64,000 nt of DNA from Verrucomicrobiia bacterium (GTDB taxonomy: Bacteria; Verrucomicrobiota; Verrucomicrobiia; Limisphaerales; UBA1319): positions 4,288,001 through 4,352,000 of the forward strand of contig OY760937.1 of NCBI GenBank assembly GCA_963664225.1. Direction: 5' to 3'. Shown here piece by piece: positions 49,849 through 60,382 of this stretch (positions are counted from its first letter, which is position 1; each line of letters opens with the position of its first letter). The position numbers and the translations under genes are program-made. The notes beneath the pieces are model-generated. The model saw nothing but the letters and a program-made list of their open reading frames with translations, did no database searches and was not told the origin of the DNA.

Positions 49849-50370
49849 TTATCTCCCGCGGAAAAAGAGATCCGCCAGCGAGGCCCCTTGCGCGCTGACC
49901 ACCATTCCAGTCGTCGCGTTGTTGCGTGCGAACCAGCCTTGAGCCGTTTCAAGGACGTAGCGCACTTGATCCGAATTGGCCTGAACGGATGTTTCGTCGA
50001 GGGGCTTCAAGTCGTGGATTTCCAGGATGACACCGTCGCTGTCGAGGTAGGCGCAGGAAAGGGGAACGGTGGTGTTGCGCATCCAGAAAGCCGCCTGATG
50101 AGGCACAGGAAACACGAAGAGCATGGCTTCGTTCTCGGCAATGCTTTTGCGGAACATCATGCCGGTCTGGAGCTGGATCGATGTGCGCGCCACTTCGGTT
50201 GCCAATTCCTTCGAGCCGATGAAGAGTTTCAGGATCGGCAATTTCGCTTGGGCCGCCGTTGGACTCGAGGAGTCAGTCGCCGGGCCGGTGGTCTTGTCCG
50301 CCTTCTTCTGACAACCCGCGCCGAGGGCGACGGCGAGCAGCACGATCCATAGGGAAGATAAAATCTTCAT
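49849..50370 (-). CDS. DUF192-family lipoprotein
   Basis: Lipobox GAGC; GMMFR, MLFVF, FWMRNT.VPL, YVLE. Confidence 0.85.
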   Translation of the reverse strand: MKILSSLWIVLLAVALGAGCQKKADKTTGPATDSSSPTAAQAKLPILKLFIGSKELATEVARTSIQLQTGMMFRKSIAENEAMLFVFPVPHQAAFWMRNTTVPLSCAYLDSDGVILEIHDLKPLDETSVQANSDQVRYVLETAQGWFARNNATTGMVVSAQGASLADLFFRGR

Positions 50371-50438
50371 GACCAAAGCATGCGGAGGAACGCCGATCTT
50401 TTCAACAGCAGAACGCTCCCCTTGTTTTTCGCGACGTC

Positions 50439-51491
50439 CTAATGCAAATGTTGATCCATCCACGCCTGTAAATTTTCCCACATCACCGGGGTGCAGGCGT
50501 GGCCAATGCCGGGGTAGAGGATGTTTTGAAAGGCTTCCTCCCGGCCATGCAACCGATAGACCGGTTTAACAGCCTCACCGATCGCCACAACGCCATCCGC
50601 AGGCGAACCAGCATCCTGGTCACCGGTCATGAACAACATGGGACGGGGCGCGGCGCAGGCCACCACGGCTTCCGTATCGAAATGACGCAGCATTCCGGGC
50701 ACGAAATAATAGATCCCGTGTGCGGAGAGGGATTCGTGTGCGATGAGGTTCTGGTAACGCGTCATGCAGGCCATGGGCACGCCGGTCCGCGGGCGGTCGT
50801 CCAGGGCCATCATCCACCAGGTGCGCGTGGCGCCCATGCTGATGCCGGTGACTCCAATACGGGCGGGATCCACCTCGGGTCGCGAGCAGAGATAATCCAG
50901 GGCCATCAAATCGTCCCTCACGATCATGCCCCACAAGGTTCGGCCGAGCCAGAGGTTGAATTTGCTCGCGGTGGATTCCCCGTCACAGCCCACCGCTTTG
51001 GAACCGCCCGGTCCCTTGCCATTGCGTTCGCCGAAACAGCAGGCGTCTATCGCCATGACCGCATAGCCGCGCCTGGCGAACATCGGTCCCGGCGCTTCCG
51101 GGGTATGTGCCTTCTGGAAAATCTCCTCCTTGCCAATGGAGTATTCATCGCCGTGCCAATGACAATACAGTATGGCCGGATGCAGTGTCGTGCCTCCCTT
51201 GGGCAGTAATAAATAGCCGGGCACCTGCGCCCCCGCGCCGTTGTCGAACTCGAATTTTTCCACCACGTAATCGCCGCGATCTTCACGCGAGAGCGTCTTG
51301 ATCACGGGCCTGGTGGGACGCGGCGGCAGCGCCCCCAATAGCTCCCACAAACGCGCGCGAATTTCCTTCTTTTGGCTCTCCCACGCGGAGAGGGTGGGTG
51401 GGACAATCAATTGCGGAGTGGCGGTCGTTTTCTCCCATTCGAGTTGCCACGCCGACTTGCCTTCCTGTGCCTGGATGTTTGTGGTGCCCAT
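50439..51491 (-). CDS. Alpha/beta hydrolase (dienelactone hydrolase / carbohydrate esterase-like)
   Basis: VPGYLLLP, HWHG, RPEVDPARIGVTGISMG nucleophile elbow, APRP, YPGIGH. Start uncertain (51491 or 51596). Confidence 0.8.
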   Translation of the reverse strand: MGTTNIQAQEGKSAWQLEWEKTTATPQLIVPPTLSAWESQKKEIRARLWELLGALPPRPTRPVIKTLSREDRGDYVVEKFEFDNGAGAQVPGYLLLPKGGTTLHPAILYCHWHGDEYSIGKEEIFQKAHTPEAPGPMFARRGYAVMAIDACCFGERNGKGPGGSKAVGCDGESTASKFNLWLGRTLWGMIVRDDLMALDYLCSRPEVDPARIGVTGISMGATRTWWMMALDDRPRTGVPMACMTRYQNLIAHESLSAHGIYYFVPGMLRHFDTEAVVACAAPRPMLFMTGDQDAGSPADGVVAIGEAVKPVYRLHGREEAFQNILYPGIGHACTPVMWENLQAWMDQHLH

Positions 51492-52031
51492 GATCGACGC
51501 GAACGATATCAGACCGGGTAGGTTCTGGATAACAAGTTTTTCATGGCAACACGGTATTTCGCGCAGATGCCACACAATTAATACTAGCTGACTCATTAAA
51601 CAGAATGAGCTAATGAATATGCATTCGCGGTAGGGCGGGCAGTCCTCTGCACGCCGTCGGCGATCTATTCTGCTTCCATGCGTCCAAAAGCCAAAAGCTT
51701 GCGAAACGCGCGATCTTCTCTCTCGCCCCAAACCTGAATTGGCACGAGCGGGCAGAGCCGGAGTGTGTGTTCGGGGCTTTGTCCTTCTAGGCCGGGTGCC
51801 CCCACCCGGCGTCCGGAGAGCGGCCCCACTGAACCGTATAATCCGATCGCGCGATTCTTCTCCCTCTCCTGCGCCAGCGGGAGAGGGTACGGGGTGAGGG
51901 TGCCTCCGAAGATTTTTGTCCTGCACCCGAGTAATAACCGGTCATCTCATTTTTGTTGCAATAAATCGAGCAAGGCGCAATGTGACTGGACATAACTTCG
52001 GGGAATTGGTCCGAAGCTTCGCTCAATAATT

Positions 52032-52649
52032 ATGAAAATTCTAACGTGCTCTCTTTTGGCCATAGTGACATTGTTGACCTCGGTTGTCAGGCTTCATTCA
52101 CAAGGCTATATCGTGCCGAATGGAGTCATTGAATATACGGGTTATCCCGACCCTGGCACTGAAATAGACGTTCTTTACAATCCGACTGCTGTGCCGCCTA
52201 ATACTTCAGATTATACCGGGTTTTTACTGATTCCCCGAAATACAAGCACCTTTGTCTATGACTATTTGATTAATGTGGGTGTTAGAACGTTTTTTGTTTC
52301 TCCGAACGATCCGATCAGTTTTCAAGACATTCAATCCAGTGGTTATGTTGAGTTGATAGCGGGTAACACTTATGTTTTCGATGAAGAGAAAGACTTCTAT
52401 GTGGGGGTTTACACTGGCCATGGTCTTCCTGCAGACGGAGTATTTCCCGATCCTATATTTGCTTGGGCGCACCTTTATAACAACAGCGGCAAAATTGAAT
52501 TGCTCGATGGTGCGCTGGAATATCGCGGTGACGGCATCTATGCCGGAACATTAAACATCATTCAACCGGTTCCAGAGCCCGGCACATGGGCTTTCACTGT
52601 CCTTGGTGGAATGCTCCTGGCCTGGCGGCACCGTGTGAAGGATTTATGA
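52032..52649 (+). CDS. PEP-CTERM surface protein, paralog 1
   Basis: Signal peptide; C-terminal VPEPGT + TM helix + basic tail; visibly AT-richer than its neighbours. Confidence 0.88.
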   Translation: MKILTCSLLAIVTLLTSVVRLHSQGYIVPNGVIEYTGYPDPGTEIDVLYNPTAVPPNTSDYTGFLLIPRNTSTFVYDYLINVGVRTFFVSPNDPISFQDIQSSGYVELIAGNTYVFDEEKDFYVGVYTGHGLPADGVFPDPIFAWAHLYNNSGKIELLDGALEYRGDGIYAGTLNIIQPVPEPGTWAFTVLGGMLLAWRHRVKDL

Positions 52650-53251
52650 AACTTACGCTAACAATGCTGATTTGCAGCTTTTTCGCCGCAATTCAACCCG
52701 CCCATTCACAAGGTTATATTGTGCCGAATGGTATCATTGAATTCTCCGGCTACTCTGGTAAAGGGATTGTAATTGACGTTTTGGCTAATCCTCCAGCATT
52801 GCCTCCTGATACACCCTATTATACTGGTTTCTTATTATTCCCCCACGGTGATAATACGTTTTTATATGATTATATTGTGAATATTGGTGTTCGCTCGTTC
52901 TTTGTTTCGCCAAATGATCCAGTCACTTTGGAGGCCATTCAATCGGGCGGCTACACAGAATTAATCTCTGGAGCTGATTACGTGTTTAATAATGGCATTA
53001 CCTTTTATGTCGGGATTTATACAGGCCACGGATTGCCAACGGCAGGTATTTATCCAGACCCGATATTTGGCTGGGCGGAATTGGTAAACAACAGCGGCAA
53101 AATTGAATTGCTCGATGGTGCGCTGGAATATCGCGGTGACGGCATCTATGCCGGAACATTAAACATCATTCAACCGGTTCCAGAGCCCGGCACTTGGGCT
53201 TTGACTGTCCTTGGCGGCATGATCCTTTTTTGGAAAGGCAGTCGTCGGTAA
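52646..53251 (+). CDS. PEP-CTERM surface protein, paralog 2
   Basis: ATGA overlap with paralog 1; colinear sequence (SQGYIVPNG...FFVSPNDP...VPEPGTW); TM helix + KGSRR tail. Confidence 0.88.
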   Translation: MKLTLTMLICSFFAAIQPAHSQGYIVPNGIIEFSGYSGKGIVIDVLANPPALPPDTPYYTGFLLFPHGDNTFLYDYIVNIGVRSFFVSPNDPVTLEAIQSGGYTELISGADYVFNNGITFYVGIYTGHGLPTAGIYPDPIFGWAELVNNSGKIELLDGALEYRGDGIYAGTLNIIQPVPEPGTWALTVLGGMILFWKGSRR

Positions 53252-53285
53252 GGATGTTGCCAAAGACATCGATGCTTCGTGAGCG

Positions 53286-53316
53286 AAAAAAAGGCCGGGA
53301 GAAACTCCCGGCCATT
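53286..53316. terminator. Terminator between convergent genes
   Basis: AAAAAAAGGCCGGGAG-AAA-CTCCCGGCCATTT. Confidence 0.8.
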
Positions 53317-53366
53317 TCGAATTGAATCGAATCGAATTGAACTGAATTGGAAAACGGCTTCCCGTC

Positions 53367-54455
53367 TTACATCTGTTTCATGGCAACGTCCATGGCCGCG
53401 TAAAGCGTCTTCATGGTTGCTTCGGTCTCGTCACCCATGTTCGAAACGCGGAAGGTTTTGCCTTTGATTTTGCCGTAACCGCCGTCGATCAGGAAACCCT
53501 GGTCCTTGACGATTTTCTGGAGCTTGGGCACATCCACAACCCGGCCTGCCGGACGCGCGCCGTTGTTCACGCAGGTGAGCGTGACGGACTCGTAACCGGG
53601 TTCCGGGAAAAACGTGAAGCCGTGGCCTTGGGCCCATTCGCGGGTCATGCGCGATAATTTGGCATGGCGGGCGAAGCGGTTCTCGAGGCCTTCGGCGAAG
53701 ATATCGCCCAGCTTGGATTCCAAGGCATAGACATGGCCGATGCTCGGGGTGCTCGGGGTCATGCTTTGCTCGGCATTCTTGTCGAATTCGAGGAAGTCAA
53801 AATAATAGCCGCGATCGTTCTGCTTCGAGGCGCGTTCCAAAGCGGCCTTCGAGCAAGTGAAGACGGCCAGGCCCGGAGGCATGGCAAATGCTTTTTGAGT
53901 GCCAGCCAGCAAAACGTCGATGCCCAGTTCATCGAAATGAATCGGCGTGGCGCTCATGGAACTGACCGAATCCACGATGAACATGACGTCGGGGTATTTT
54001 TTCTTGAGCGCGGCCAATTCAGCCAGCGGGCTCATGACGCCTGTGGAGGTTTCGTTATGGATGATCGTCACGGCGTCAAACTGACCGGTCGCCAGTTTGG
54101 CATCCAATGCCTCGGCGCGAATGGGACTGCCCCATTCCACCTGGAGCGCCTCGGCCTGTTTGCCGCAGCGTTTGGAGACATCCAGCCATTTATCCGAGAA
54201 AGCGCCGTTCATGCAGCAGAGCACTTTACGGCCGACAAGATTGCGCAACGCCCCCTCCATGATGCCCCAGGCGGAGGAGGTGCAGAGATAAACCCGCTGC
54301 TGGGTGTAGAGCAGGGATTGGAGTTGCGGGTGAATTTTCGCATACAGGTCTTTAAAGCCCTGTCCGCGATGACCGATCATGGGCGAAGCGAACGCCTTGA
54401 ATGTTTTCTCACTGACCTCAACGGGGCCAGGAATGTGCAATTTGACATGTGCCAT
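53367..54455 (-). CDS. Class V aminotransferase (alanine-glyoxylate / serine-pyruvate aminotransferase family)
   Basis: IPGPVEV, MIGHRG, NGAFS, HNETSTG, VDSVSS, GTQKAFAMPPG, TPSTP, FRVSNMG. Confidence 0.88.
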   Translation of the reverse strand: MAHVKLHIPGPVEVSEKTFKAFASPMIGHRGQGFKDLYAKIHPQLQSLLYTQQRVYLCTSSAWGIMEGALRNLVGRKVLCCMNGAFSDKWLDVSKRCGKQAEALQVEWGSPIRAEALDAKLATGQFDAVTIIHNETSTGVMSPLAELAALKKKYPDVMFIVDSVSSMSATPIHFDELGIDVLLAGTQKAFAMPPGLAVFTCSKAALERASKQNDRGYYFDFLEFDKNAEQSMTPSTPSIGHVYALESKLGDIFAEGLENRFARHAKLSRMTREWAQGHGFTFFPEPGYESVTLTCVNNGARPAGRVVDVPKLQKIVKDQGFLIDGGYGKIKGKTFRVSNMGDETEATMKTLYAAMDVAMKQM

Positions 54456-54542
54456 AGTCGTCCTTGCATATCATCCCGATAAGCCTCCCGTTGCCAAGTC
54501 CAAAATCCAACCGACGATGAATTCTGGCGCGCCGACTCCGAT

Positions 54543-55304
54543 TTACCAGCGCGCGGTGGCGGCCTGGGATTCGTAATGAACGGCGGAGAGGCAATATAAT
54601 GCGGCGGTTTCAGCGCGCAGAACCCGTTCCCCCAGCGACACTGGCAGCGTTCCAGCTTTTAGGAGAATATCCATTTCTCGTGGTGAAAAGTCGCCTTCGG
54701 GTCCAATCCAGACGCATACAGAACGCGGGAATGGGTGGTTGTCCGAATGCACTCCACGCAGGGTCTCAATCAGCGTCGGAGCCTCTTTTTGCAACGAAGC
54801 CACGATGTTGAGTTCGGCCTGCGCGCCGTTTTTCAAGAAATCGTCCAGGGGCAGGGGACATTCCACGACAGGCAGCCATGGTGTGCCGCACTGTTTCAAT
54901 GTCTCGATGCTCGCCGTGTTCCATTTTCGGGCTTTGGCTTGTGCGGTGGCGGCGTCGAGGTGGATTTCGCTGTGGTCTGAGAAAAGTGGCACGATGCGGC
55001 TGGCGCCCAGTTCCGTGGCCTTTTGGAGCAGCCAGTCCATGGCCTTGGTCTTCGGAAGGCACTGGGCCAGGGTAACGCGGCATGGCGGCGGCGGTTGTTT
55101 ATGCTGTTGAATGACTTGCAACGTAACGGAATTGCGGGTGATATCCACAACTTTGCAGTGATTGATGCCGCCACAGCCATCGAGCACGTCCGCCGCATCC
55201 CCGGGACCAATGCGCAACACGTGGATGGCGTGATGCGCCTCCTGATCTTCCAGGACCAATGTTTGGCCCTGGCATTTTTCGACTGGGAGAAAAAAGCGCG
55301 GCAT
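54543..55304 (-). CDS. rsmE: 16S rRNA m3U1498 methyltransferase
   Basis: HHAIHVLR, QKATELG, KQCG, IGPEGDFS, LGERVLRAETA. Confidence 0.92.
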   Translation of the reverse strand: MPRFFLPVEKCQGQTLVLEDQEAHHAIHVLRIGPGDAADVLDGCGGINHCKVVDITRNSVTLQVIQQHKQPPPPCRVTLAQCLPKTKAMDWLLQKATELGASRIVPLFSDHSEIHLDAATAQAKARKWNTASIETLKQCGTPWLPVVECPLPLDDFLKNGAQAELNIVASLQKEAPTLIETLRGVHSDNHPFPRSVCVWIGPEGDFSPREMDILLKAGTLPVSLGERVLRAETAALYCLSAVHYESQAATARW

Positions 55305-56443
55305 TAACGGAACAGATCCTTGGCTTTTTCGAAAAATCCCTTGCTGATGGGATTTACGTTTTCATCGCATAAGGCGGCAAACTCAACCAGTTTGGCCTTT
55401 TGCGCGCTATTGAGGTGCGCGGGCACTTCAACGTTGACCCGGATATGCAGATCGCCGACCCCGTAATTCTGGACATTGCGCACGCCCTTGCCCTTGAGGC
55501 GGAAGACAGTGCCGGGTTGTGTGCCGGCCGGGACTTTGATTTGCGCATTGCCAGTCAGCGTGGGCACTTCCAATTCAGCGCCCAGGGCAGCCTGGACGAA
55601 GCTGATGGGCACTTCGCAGAGCAAATCGTCGCCGTCGCGCTGGAAGAACTCATGGGCCTTGACGTGCAACACCACGTAAAGGTCTCCAACGGGGCCGCCG
55701 CGCTGGCCGGCCTCTCCGTTGCCCACGGAGCGAAGCCGCGCGCCGGTATCGACACCCGCGGGGATTTTGAGTTTGATCTTGGACGTTTTTTCACGCCGAC
55801 CCGCGCCTGAGCAGGTGCGGCAAGGTTTTTCGATGATGCGTCCGCTGCCTTCGCAGCGGGGACAGGTCTGGGCGATGCTGAAAATGCTGCGCGAGGAAAT
55901 GACCTGGCCGTGGCCGTTGCAAACGGGGCAGGTCTTCGCATGTGAGCCTTTTTCCGCGCCCGATCCCTGGCAGGACTCGCAATTCTCGAGCTTGGAGAGG
56001 GACACTTCCTTCTCGCAACCCAGAGCGGCTTCGACAAAGGAAATCTCCATGTCGTAGCGAAGGTCCGAACCCCGCTGCGGTCCTGTGGGGTCGTGGCGCT
56101 CGCCGCCGCCGCCGAATAGATTCTCAAATATGCTGCCGTTGCCGAAGACCTCGCGGAAGATATCAGAGGGATCATGGAACCCTCCGCCGCGTGATCCACT
56201 GTAACCCCGGTTGCGGGGATCGAACGCCGCGTGGCCGTATTGATCGTAAGCGGCGCGTTTTTGGGGATCGCACAAGGCTTCGTACGCCTCGCCCAGTTCC
56301 TTGAACCGCTCTTCGGAGGTTTTGTCACCCGGATTCTTGTCCGGGTGATATTTCACGGCCATTTTGCGATAGGCTTTCTTTATTTCCTCATCGCTGGCCG
56401 CGCGCTCGACACCCAGAACTTCGTAATAATCGCGTTTGGCCAT
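55304..56443 (-). CDS. dnaJ: Chaperone DnaJ
   Basis: J domain with HPD, G/F-rich region, four CxxCxGxG repeats. Confidence 0.97.
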   Translation of the reverse strand: MAKRDYYEVLGVERAASDEEIKKAYRKMAVKYHPDKNPGDKTSEERFKELGEAYEALCDPQKRAAYDQYGHAAFDPRNRGYSGSRGGGFHDPSDIFREVFGNGSIFENLFGGGGERHDPTGPQRGSDLRYDMEISFVEAALGCEKEVSLSKLENCESCQGSGAEKGSHAKTCPVCNGHGQVISSRSIFSIAQTCPRCEGSGRIIEKPCRTCSGAGRREKTSKIKLKIPAGVDTGARLRSVGNGEAGQRGGPVGDLYVVLHVKAHEFFQRDGDDLLCEVPISFVQAALGAELEVPTLTGNAQIKVPAGTQPGTVFRLKGKGVRNVQNYGVGDLHIRVNVEVPAHLNSAQKAKLVEFAALCDENVNPISKGFFEKAKDLFR

Positions 56444-56445
56444 AC

Positions 56446-57054
56446 TCAGTGACTGGCTGGTTTTTTGGCGACAACGACCGTGGCGGGCCGCAACAGGCGC
56501 TCGCGCAGTTTGTAGCCCTTGCGCAATTGTTGCACCACATGGCCTTCAGGCACTTCGGTCGATTCCTGTTGGGAAACGGCCTCGTGAATATTCGGATCGA
56601 AGACCTGCTGATGGGCGTTGATTTCTTCGAGACCGGATTCCGTGAGGACGGACTTGAGCTGGTTGCAGATCATCTGAACGCCGTCCTTGAAGGAATCGAG
56701 GTTGGCGGGCTGTGCCTCCGAGCCGTTGGCGGCGATGGCCATTTCGAAATGGTCCAGCACGACAATCAGTTTTTCGAGCAGGGCCTGGTTGGCGAATTTC
56801 ACGGCATCCTGCCGTTCGCGTAGCGCGCGCTTTTTGTAATTGTCAAAATCCGCAGCCTGGCGCACCAGGCGCTCCCAGTACTCATCGGCCTTGCCCGCCT
56901 TGACCTGCAAAGCGGCCACTTCCTCGGGTGTCAGCGCCTGTGGCGCCTCCGTAGTTTGATCGCCGCTCGGGGACGCTGGCGCTGGCTCCGCTTGGGGAGT
57001 TTCAGCGGCATGCGTCGGATGTTGATGCTTATCTGATTTATTGCTCATGACCAA
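56446..57054 (-). CDS. grpE: Nucleotide exchange factor GrpE
   Basis: [35 protein letters not shown]. Confidence 0.95.
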   Translation of the reverse strand: MVMSNKSDKHQHPTHAAETPQAEPAPASPSGDQTTEAPQALTPEEVAALQVKAGKADEYWERLVRQAADFDNYKKRALRERQDAVKFANQALLEKLIVVLDHFEMAIAANGSEAQPANLDSFKDGVQMICNQLKSVLTESGLEEINAHQQVFDPNIHEAVSQQESTEVPEGHVVQQLRKGYKLRERLLRPATVVVAKKPASH

Positions 57055-57163
57055 AAACCTCTATCTAAAGGAATTAATTCTACAGGAACCGGAGTTCAAG
57101 GGCAATGAACTAAAAACTGAAAAATCCCAACCGACAGATCCTCCATGGCCGCCCTCAAGCGGT

Positions 57164-58675
57164 TCATGTGGCCTGAGTTGCAGGAGCGGCCGGTTCTGGG
57201 GTTTTGGATGCAGCCCGTGGTGGATTCAGGGCCATTCGATAAACTTTGGCATATTCGGCGGCGGTTTTCTTTAACGAAAAATCAGCCTTGATGGCGTTTC
57301 TCTGGAATAGCTTGAGCAATAAAGGTTCGCCATAAAGCGCCAGCGCCTTGCGCATGGCGTGGGCCAGGGCGTGCGCGGAATACTCGATGAATTTAATGCC
57401 GTTGGCCTTTTCCATGGCCTGGGTGATATCGATCACCGAATCGTCCAGACCGCCGGTGGCCCTCACGATGGGGATGGTGCCGTAGCGCAGGCTGTAGAGC
57501 TGGTTCAGGCCGCAGGGCTCGTAGAGCGAAGGCATGAGATAGAAATCGCATCCGGCCTCGATGCGATGCGCCAGGGCCGTGTCATACCCGATATTGACCG
57601 CCACCTGACGGGGATAACGTTGGGCCAAATCCTGCAAGGCCTTTTCAAAAACAGGGGAACCGCTGCCCAGACTTACGAATTGCAGCCGTTCGCTCAGGAG
57701 ATCCTCCAGCGCCTCCAAAAGTATATCGACACCTTTTTGATCGGCCAGTCGCCCCACATTGCCAAAGAGCGGAATTTCCGGGTCCAGCGGCAGCCCCATT
57801 TCTTTTTGGAGATCGAGCTTTTCCAGCCGTTTCCCTTTGAAATGCCGCAAATCGTAATCGTGATGCAAGGCCGGATTATCCACCGTTTTCCACTCGGTGT
57901 AATCGGCGCCATTGAGAATTCCCGACACGCGGTCCTTGCGGCGCAGGAGAACCCCGTCCAATCCATAGCCCATCTCCGGCGTCATCATTTCGATGGCGTA
58001 ACGGGGGCTGACCGTGGTGATCCGGTCCGAGAAATTGATGCCGGCCTTGAGGCAGTTCAGTTGACCGTAAAACTCCGCGCCTTCGGGATTAAAGTAATTC
58101 CAGGGCAGGTTCGTGAGCCTGTATTTAAAGAGCGGGAAGATTCCCTGATACGCCGCGTTGTGAATGGTCAGGCAGGTGGCGGGCGCATCGGTCCAGCCCA
58201 TCGCCGCCTTCTGGTGCGTGATGAATAACGGGGCCAGACCGGCCTGCCAGTCATGCGCATGAACCAGGCCGGGTTTCCAGGGCAGGTAACGCGCCAGGTG
58301 CGCCACCGCCTTGGAAAAAAAGATATACCGCTCGGCGTTGTCCGCGAAGTCCAGCCCGTTTTCCTGATAAAGGGATTTGCGATCGTAGAAACCGGGCTGG
58401 TCGATGAAATAGACGGTGGCCTTGCCGTGGGGCAGGGTCCAAACCTGGGCCGGGTAATGTTCCTCGCCCAGCGGCAGGTCCATCTTCCAATCGAATCGTT
58501 TGATCTTGGGAAAACGATCGCGCACTCCCCTGTAGAGCGGCGTTACAATGCCCACCTGATGCCCCTCCTCGGCCAGTGATTTGGCCAGCGCCCCGACCAT
58601 GTCGGCCAGGCCACCCGTTTTGGAGTAAGGGTGGACCTCCGAACTGGCCAGCAGGATTTTCAGGGGTTGAATCAC
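57164..58675 (-). CDS. glgA: Glycogen synthase
   Basis: SEVHPYSKTGGLAD, HAHDWQ, TIHN.AYQG, TTVSPRYA, GILNG, RLADQKG, MPSLYEPCGLNQ, TGGL.D. Confidence 0.95.
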   Translation of the reverse strand: MIQPLKILLASSEVHPYSKTGGLADMVGALAKSLAEEGHQVGIVTPLYRGVRDRFPKIKRFDWKMDLPLGEEHYPAQVWTLPHGKATVYFIDQPGFYDRKSLYQENGLDFADNAERYIFFSKAVAHLARYLPWKPGLVHAHDWQAGLAPLFITHQKAAMGWTDAPATCLTIHNAAYQGIFPLFKYRLTNLPWNYFNPEGAEFYGQLNCLKAGINFSDRITTVSPRYAIEMMTPEMGYGLDGVLLRRKDRVSGILNGADYTEWKTVDNPALHHDYDLRHFKGKRLEKLDLQKEMGLPLDPEIPLFGNVGRLADQKGVDILLEALEDLLSERLQFVSLGSGSPVFEKALQDLAQRYPRQVAVNIGYDTALAHRIEAGCDFYLMPSLYEPCGLNQLYSLRYGTIPIVRATGGLDDSVIDITQAMEKANGIKFIEYSAHALAHAMRKALALYGEPLLLKLFQRNAIKADFSLKKTAAEYAKVYRMALNPPRAASKTPEPAAPATQAT

Positions 58676-59973
58676 ACGCTGATGCGGTCCGTCTTCATGT
58701 AAGGTTGCAACGCGGGCGGAATCAGGATGCTGCCGTCGGCCTGCTGCCAGGTCTCGACCAGGGCCACAAAGAGCCGCGCCAAAGCCGTGCCGCTGCCGTT
58801 CAACAAATGCGGCAATTTATTTTCGCCTTTTTCCGTCTTGTAACGCGTGTTCATGCGCCGGGATTGGAAATCCTCGCAATTCGAACAACTGGAAACTTCC
58901 AGATACTGGTTCTGGCCCGGGGCCCAAACTTCGATGTCGTAGGTCTTGGCGCTGGCGAAGCCCATGTCGCCGGTGCAAAGCAGGATCACCCGGTAATGCA
59001 GGCCGAGCTTTTGGAGAACCGCTTCCGCGTTAGCCGTCAATTTTTCCAATTCGTCGTAACTGGTCTCCGGCGAAACGATTTTAATCAGCTCCACCTTGTC
59101 GAACTGGTGGACACGGATCAAACCGCGTGTGCCGACCCCGGCCGCGCCCGCCTCCGCGCGAAAGCACGGGCTGTAGGCGCAATAATAAATCGGCAACTGG
59201 CTTTCCTTGAGAATTTCCTCCCGATGGATATTGGCCACCGGCGCTTCCGCCGTGGGCACCAGATAGAGCTTGCCCAGGGACGAGGCGTCCTCGCCTTCGC
59301 GCACGGCATAAGCCTGGTCCATGAACTTCGGAAATTGGCCCACGCCGGTCATGCAATCCCGCGTGACCATGTACGGCGGGGATACCTCCGTGTATCCATG
59401 GGCGCTGGTATGCAGATCGAGCAGAAACTGAATCAGCGCCCGCTCCAGCCGCGCGCCCCAGTTGGTGTAGAGAATGAAGCCGCTGCCCGATAACTTCGCG
59501 CCGCGGGGAAAATCCACCAGCTTGAGCTTCTCGCACAATTCAACGTGCGTCTTGGGCTTGAAAGTAAATTGCGCCGCCTCGCCAAAGGTCCGCATCACCG
59601 GATTATCCTCGGCGGTTTTGCCAATGGCCACCGATTCATGGGGCAGATTGGGCAGCCGCAGGAGCAACTGGTCGCGGGCCGATTCGACCTCGGCCACCTG
59701 GGCGTCCAGAGTCGAGATTTTATCGCCAATATCGCGCGTCTCTTTTTTGCGTGCTTCGGCCTCTGCGAGCTTTTTCTGGCCCATCAAAGCCCCGATTTCC
59801 TTGGACACGCGATTGCGAATGGATTTGAGGCTCTCCACTTCGCCCACCAACTTGCGTCGTTGCTCATCGAGAGCCAGCACTTCATCCACGCGCGTCTCGT
59901 CCCCGGCGCCGCGCGAAGCGAGCCGCTGGCGCACCTGATCTGCCTGTTCGCGTATCAATTTAATGTCCAACAT
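58672..59973 (-). CDS. serS: Serine--tRNA ligase
   Basis: MLDIKLIR, PNLPH, LVPTAE, CFRAEAG, RGLIRVHQFDKVE, EVSSCSNC.DFQSRR, LNGSG.A. Confidence 0.97.
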   Translation of the reverse strand: MLDIKLIREQADQVRQRLASRGAGDETRVDEVLALDEQRRKLVGEVESLKSIRNRVSKEIGALMGQKKLAEAEARKKETRDIGDKISTLDAQVAEVESARDQLLLRLPNLPHESVAIGKTAEDNPVMRTFGEAAQFTFKPKTHVELCEKLKLVDFPRGAKLSGSGFILYTNWGARLERALIQFLLDLHTSAHGYTEVSPPYMVTRDCMTGVGQFPKFMDQAYAVREGEDASSLGKLYLVPTAEAPVANIHREEILKESQLPIYYCAYSPCFRAEAGAAGVGTRGLIRVHQFDKVELIKIVSPETSYDELEKLTANAEAVLQKLGLHYRVILLCTGDMGFASAKTYDIEVWAPGQNQYLEVSSCSNCEDFQSRRMNTRYKTEKGENKLPHLLNGSGTALARLFVALVETWQQADGSILIPPALQPYMKTDRISV

Positions 59974-60305
59974 GCCCCGCATTATAGGAAGGAACCGTTT
60001 TCCGGCAAGACGGATGTAATCGTCCCTGGCCGGTCACCGAACACCGCGTGGTTTGGAGTCCCGGCTTCAGCCGGTTGGGCTATCGCATCACCAGGCGCGC
60101 CAACTTGCAGACCCGGTGCCTCACCAGGCGTCTTCCATGGATTCGTCCAGTTTTGGCTTTTTCCATCTTCCTGAGTTTTGTCATGCCCCCTGGCCGGCGC
60201 GAATTCCATAAAAGGAGGATGACCGTCTGAACCCAGGCTCAAACGATCCGAAACAGGCGGCCGTGGCCCTGTTAAACGGGGCTGGCGTCAGGGTGAATGG
60301 TAGAA

Positions 60306-60382
60306 TGGTGCGTCGGTCCGGACTTGAACCGGAAACCATTTGATCCGAAGTCAAAAGCTCTATCCAATTGAGCTACCGACGC
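60306..60382 (-). tRNA. tRNA-Arg, anticodon UCG
   Basis: Reverse complement GCGTCGGTAGCTCAATTGGATAGAGCTTTTGACTTCGGATCAAATGGTTTCCGGTTCAAGTCCGGACCGACGCACCA: 7-bp acceptor stem, anticodon arm TTTGA-CTTCGGA-TCAAA, T-loop GTTCAA, encoded CCA. Confidence 0.93.

Noticed and set aside
51597..51926. N-terminal extension of the hydrolase ORF, and short ORFs in 46296-46709, 60360-61189 and 62713-63911
   Set aside because: They are translations of REP-like repeats; the same peptides (RRAEDCTP, GRAVLCAP) recur wherever the repeat occurs.
52479..53193. DGR template/variable repeat pair
   Set aside because: Both copies are coding and identical across the tract; differences outside it are not adenine-specific.
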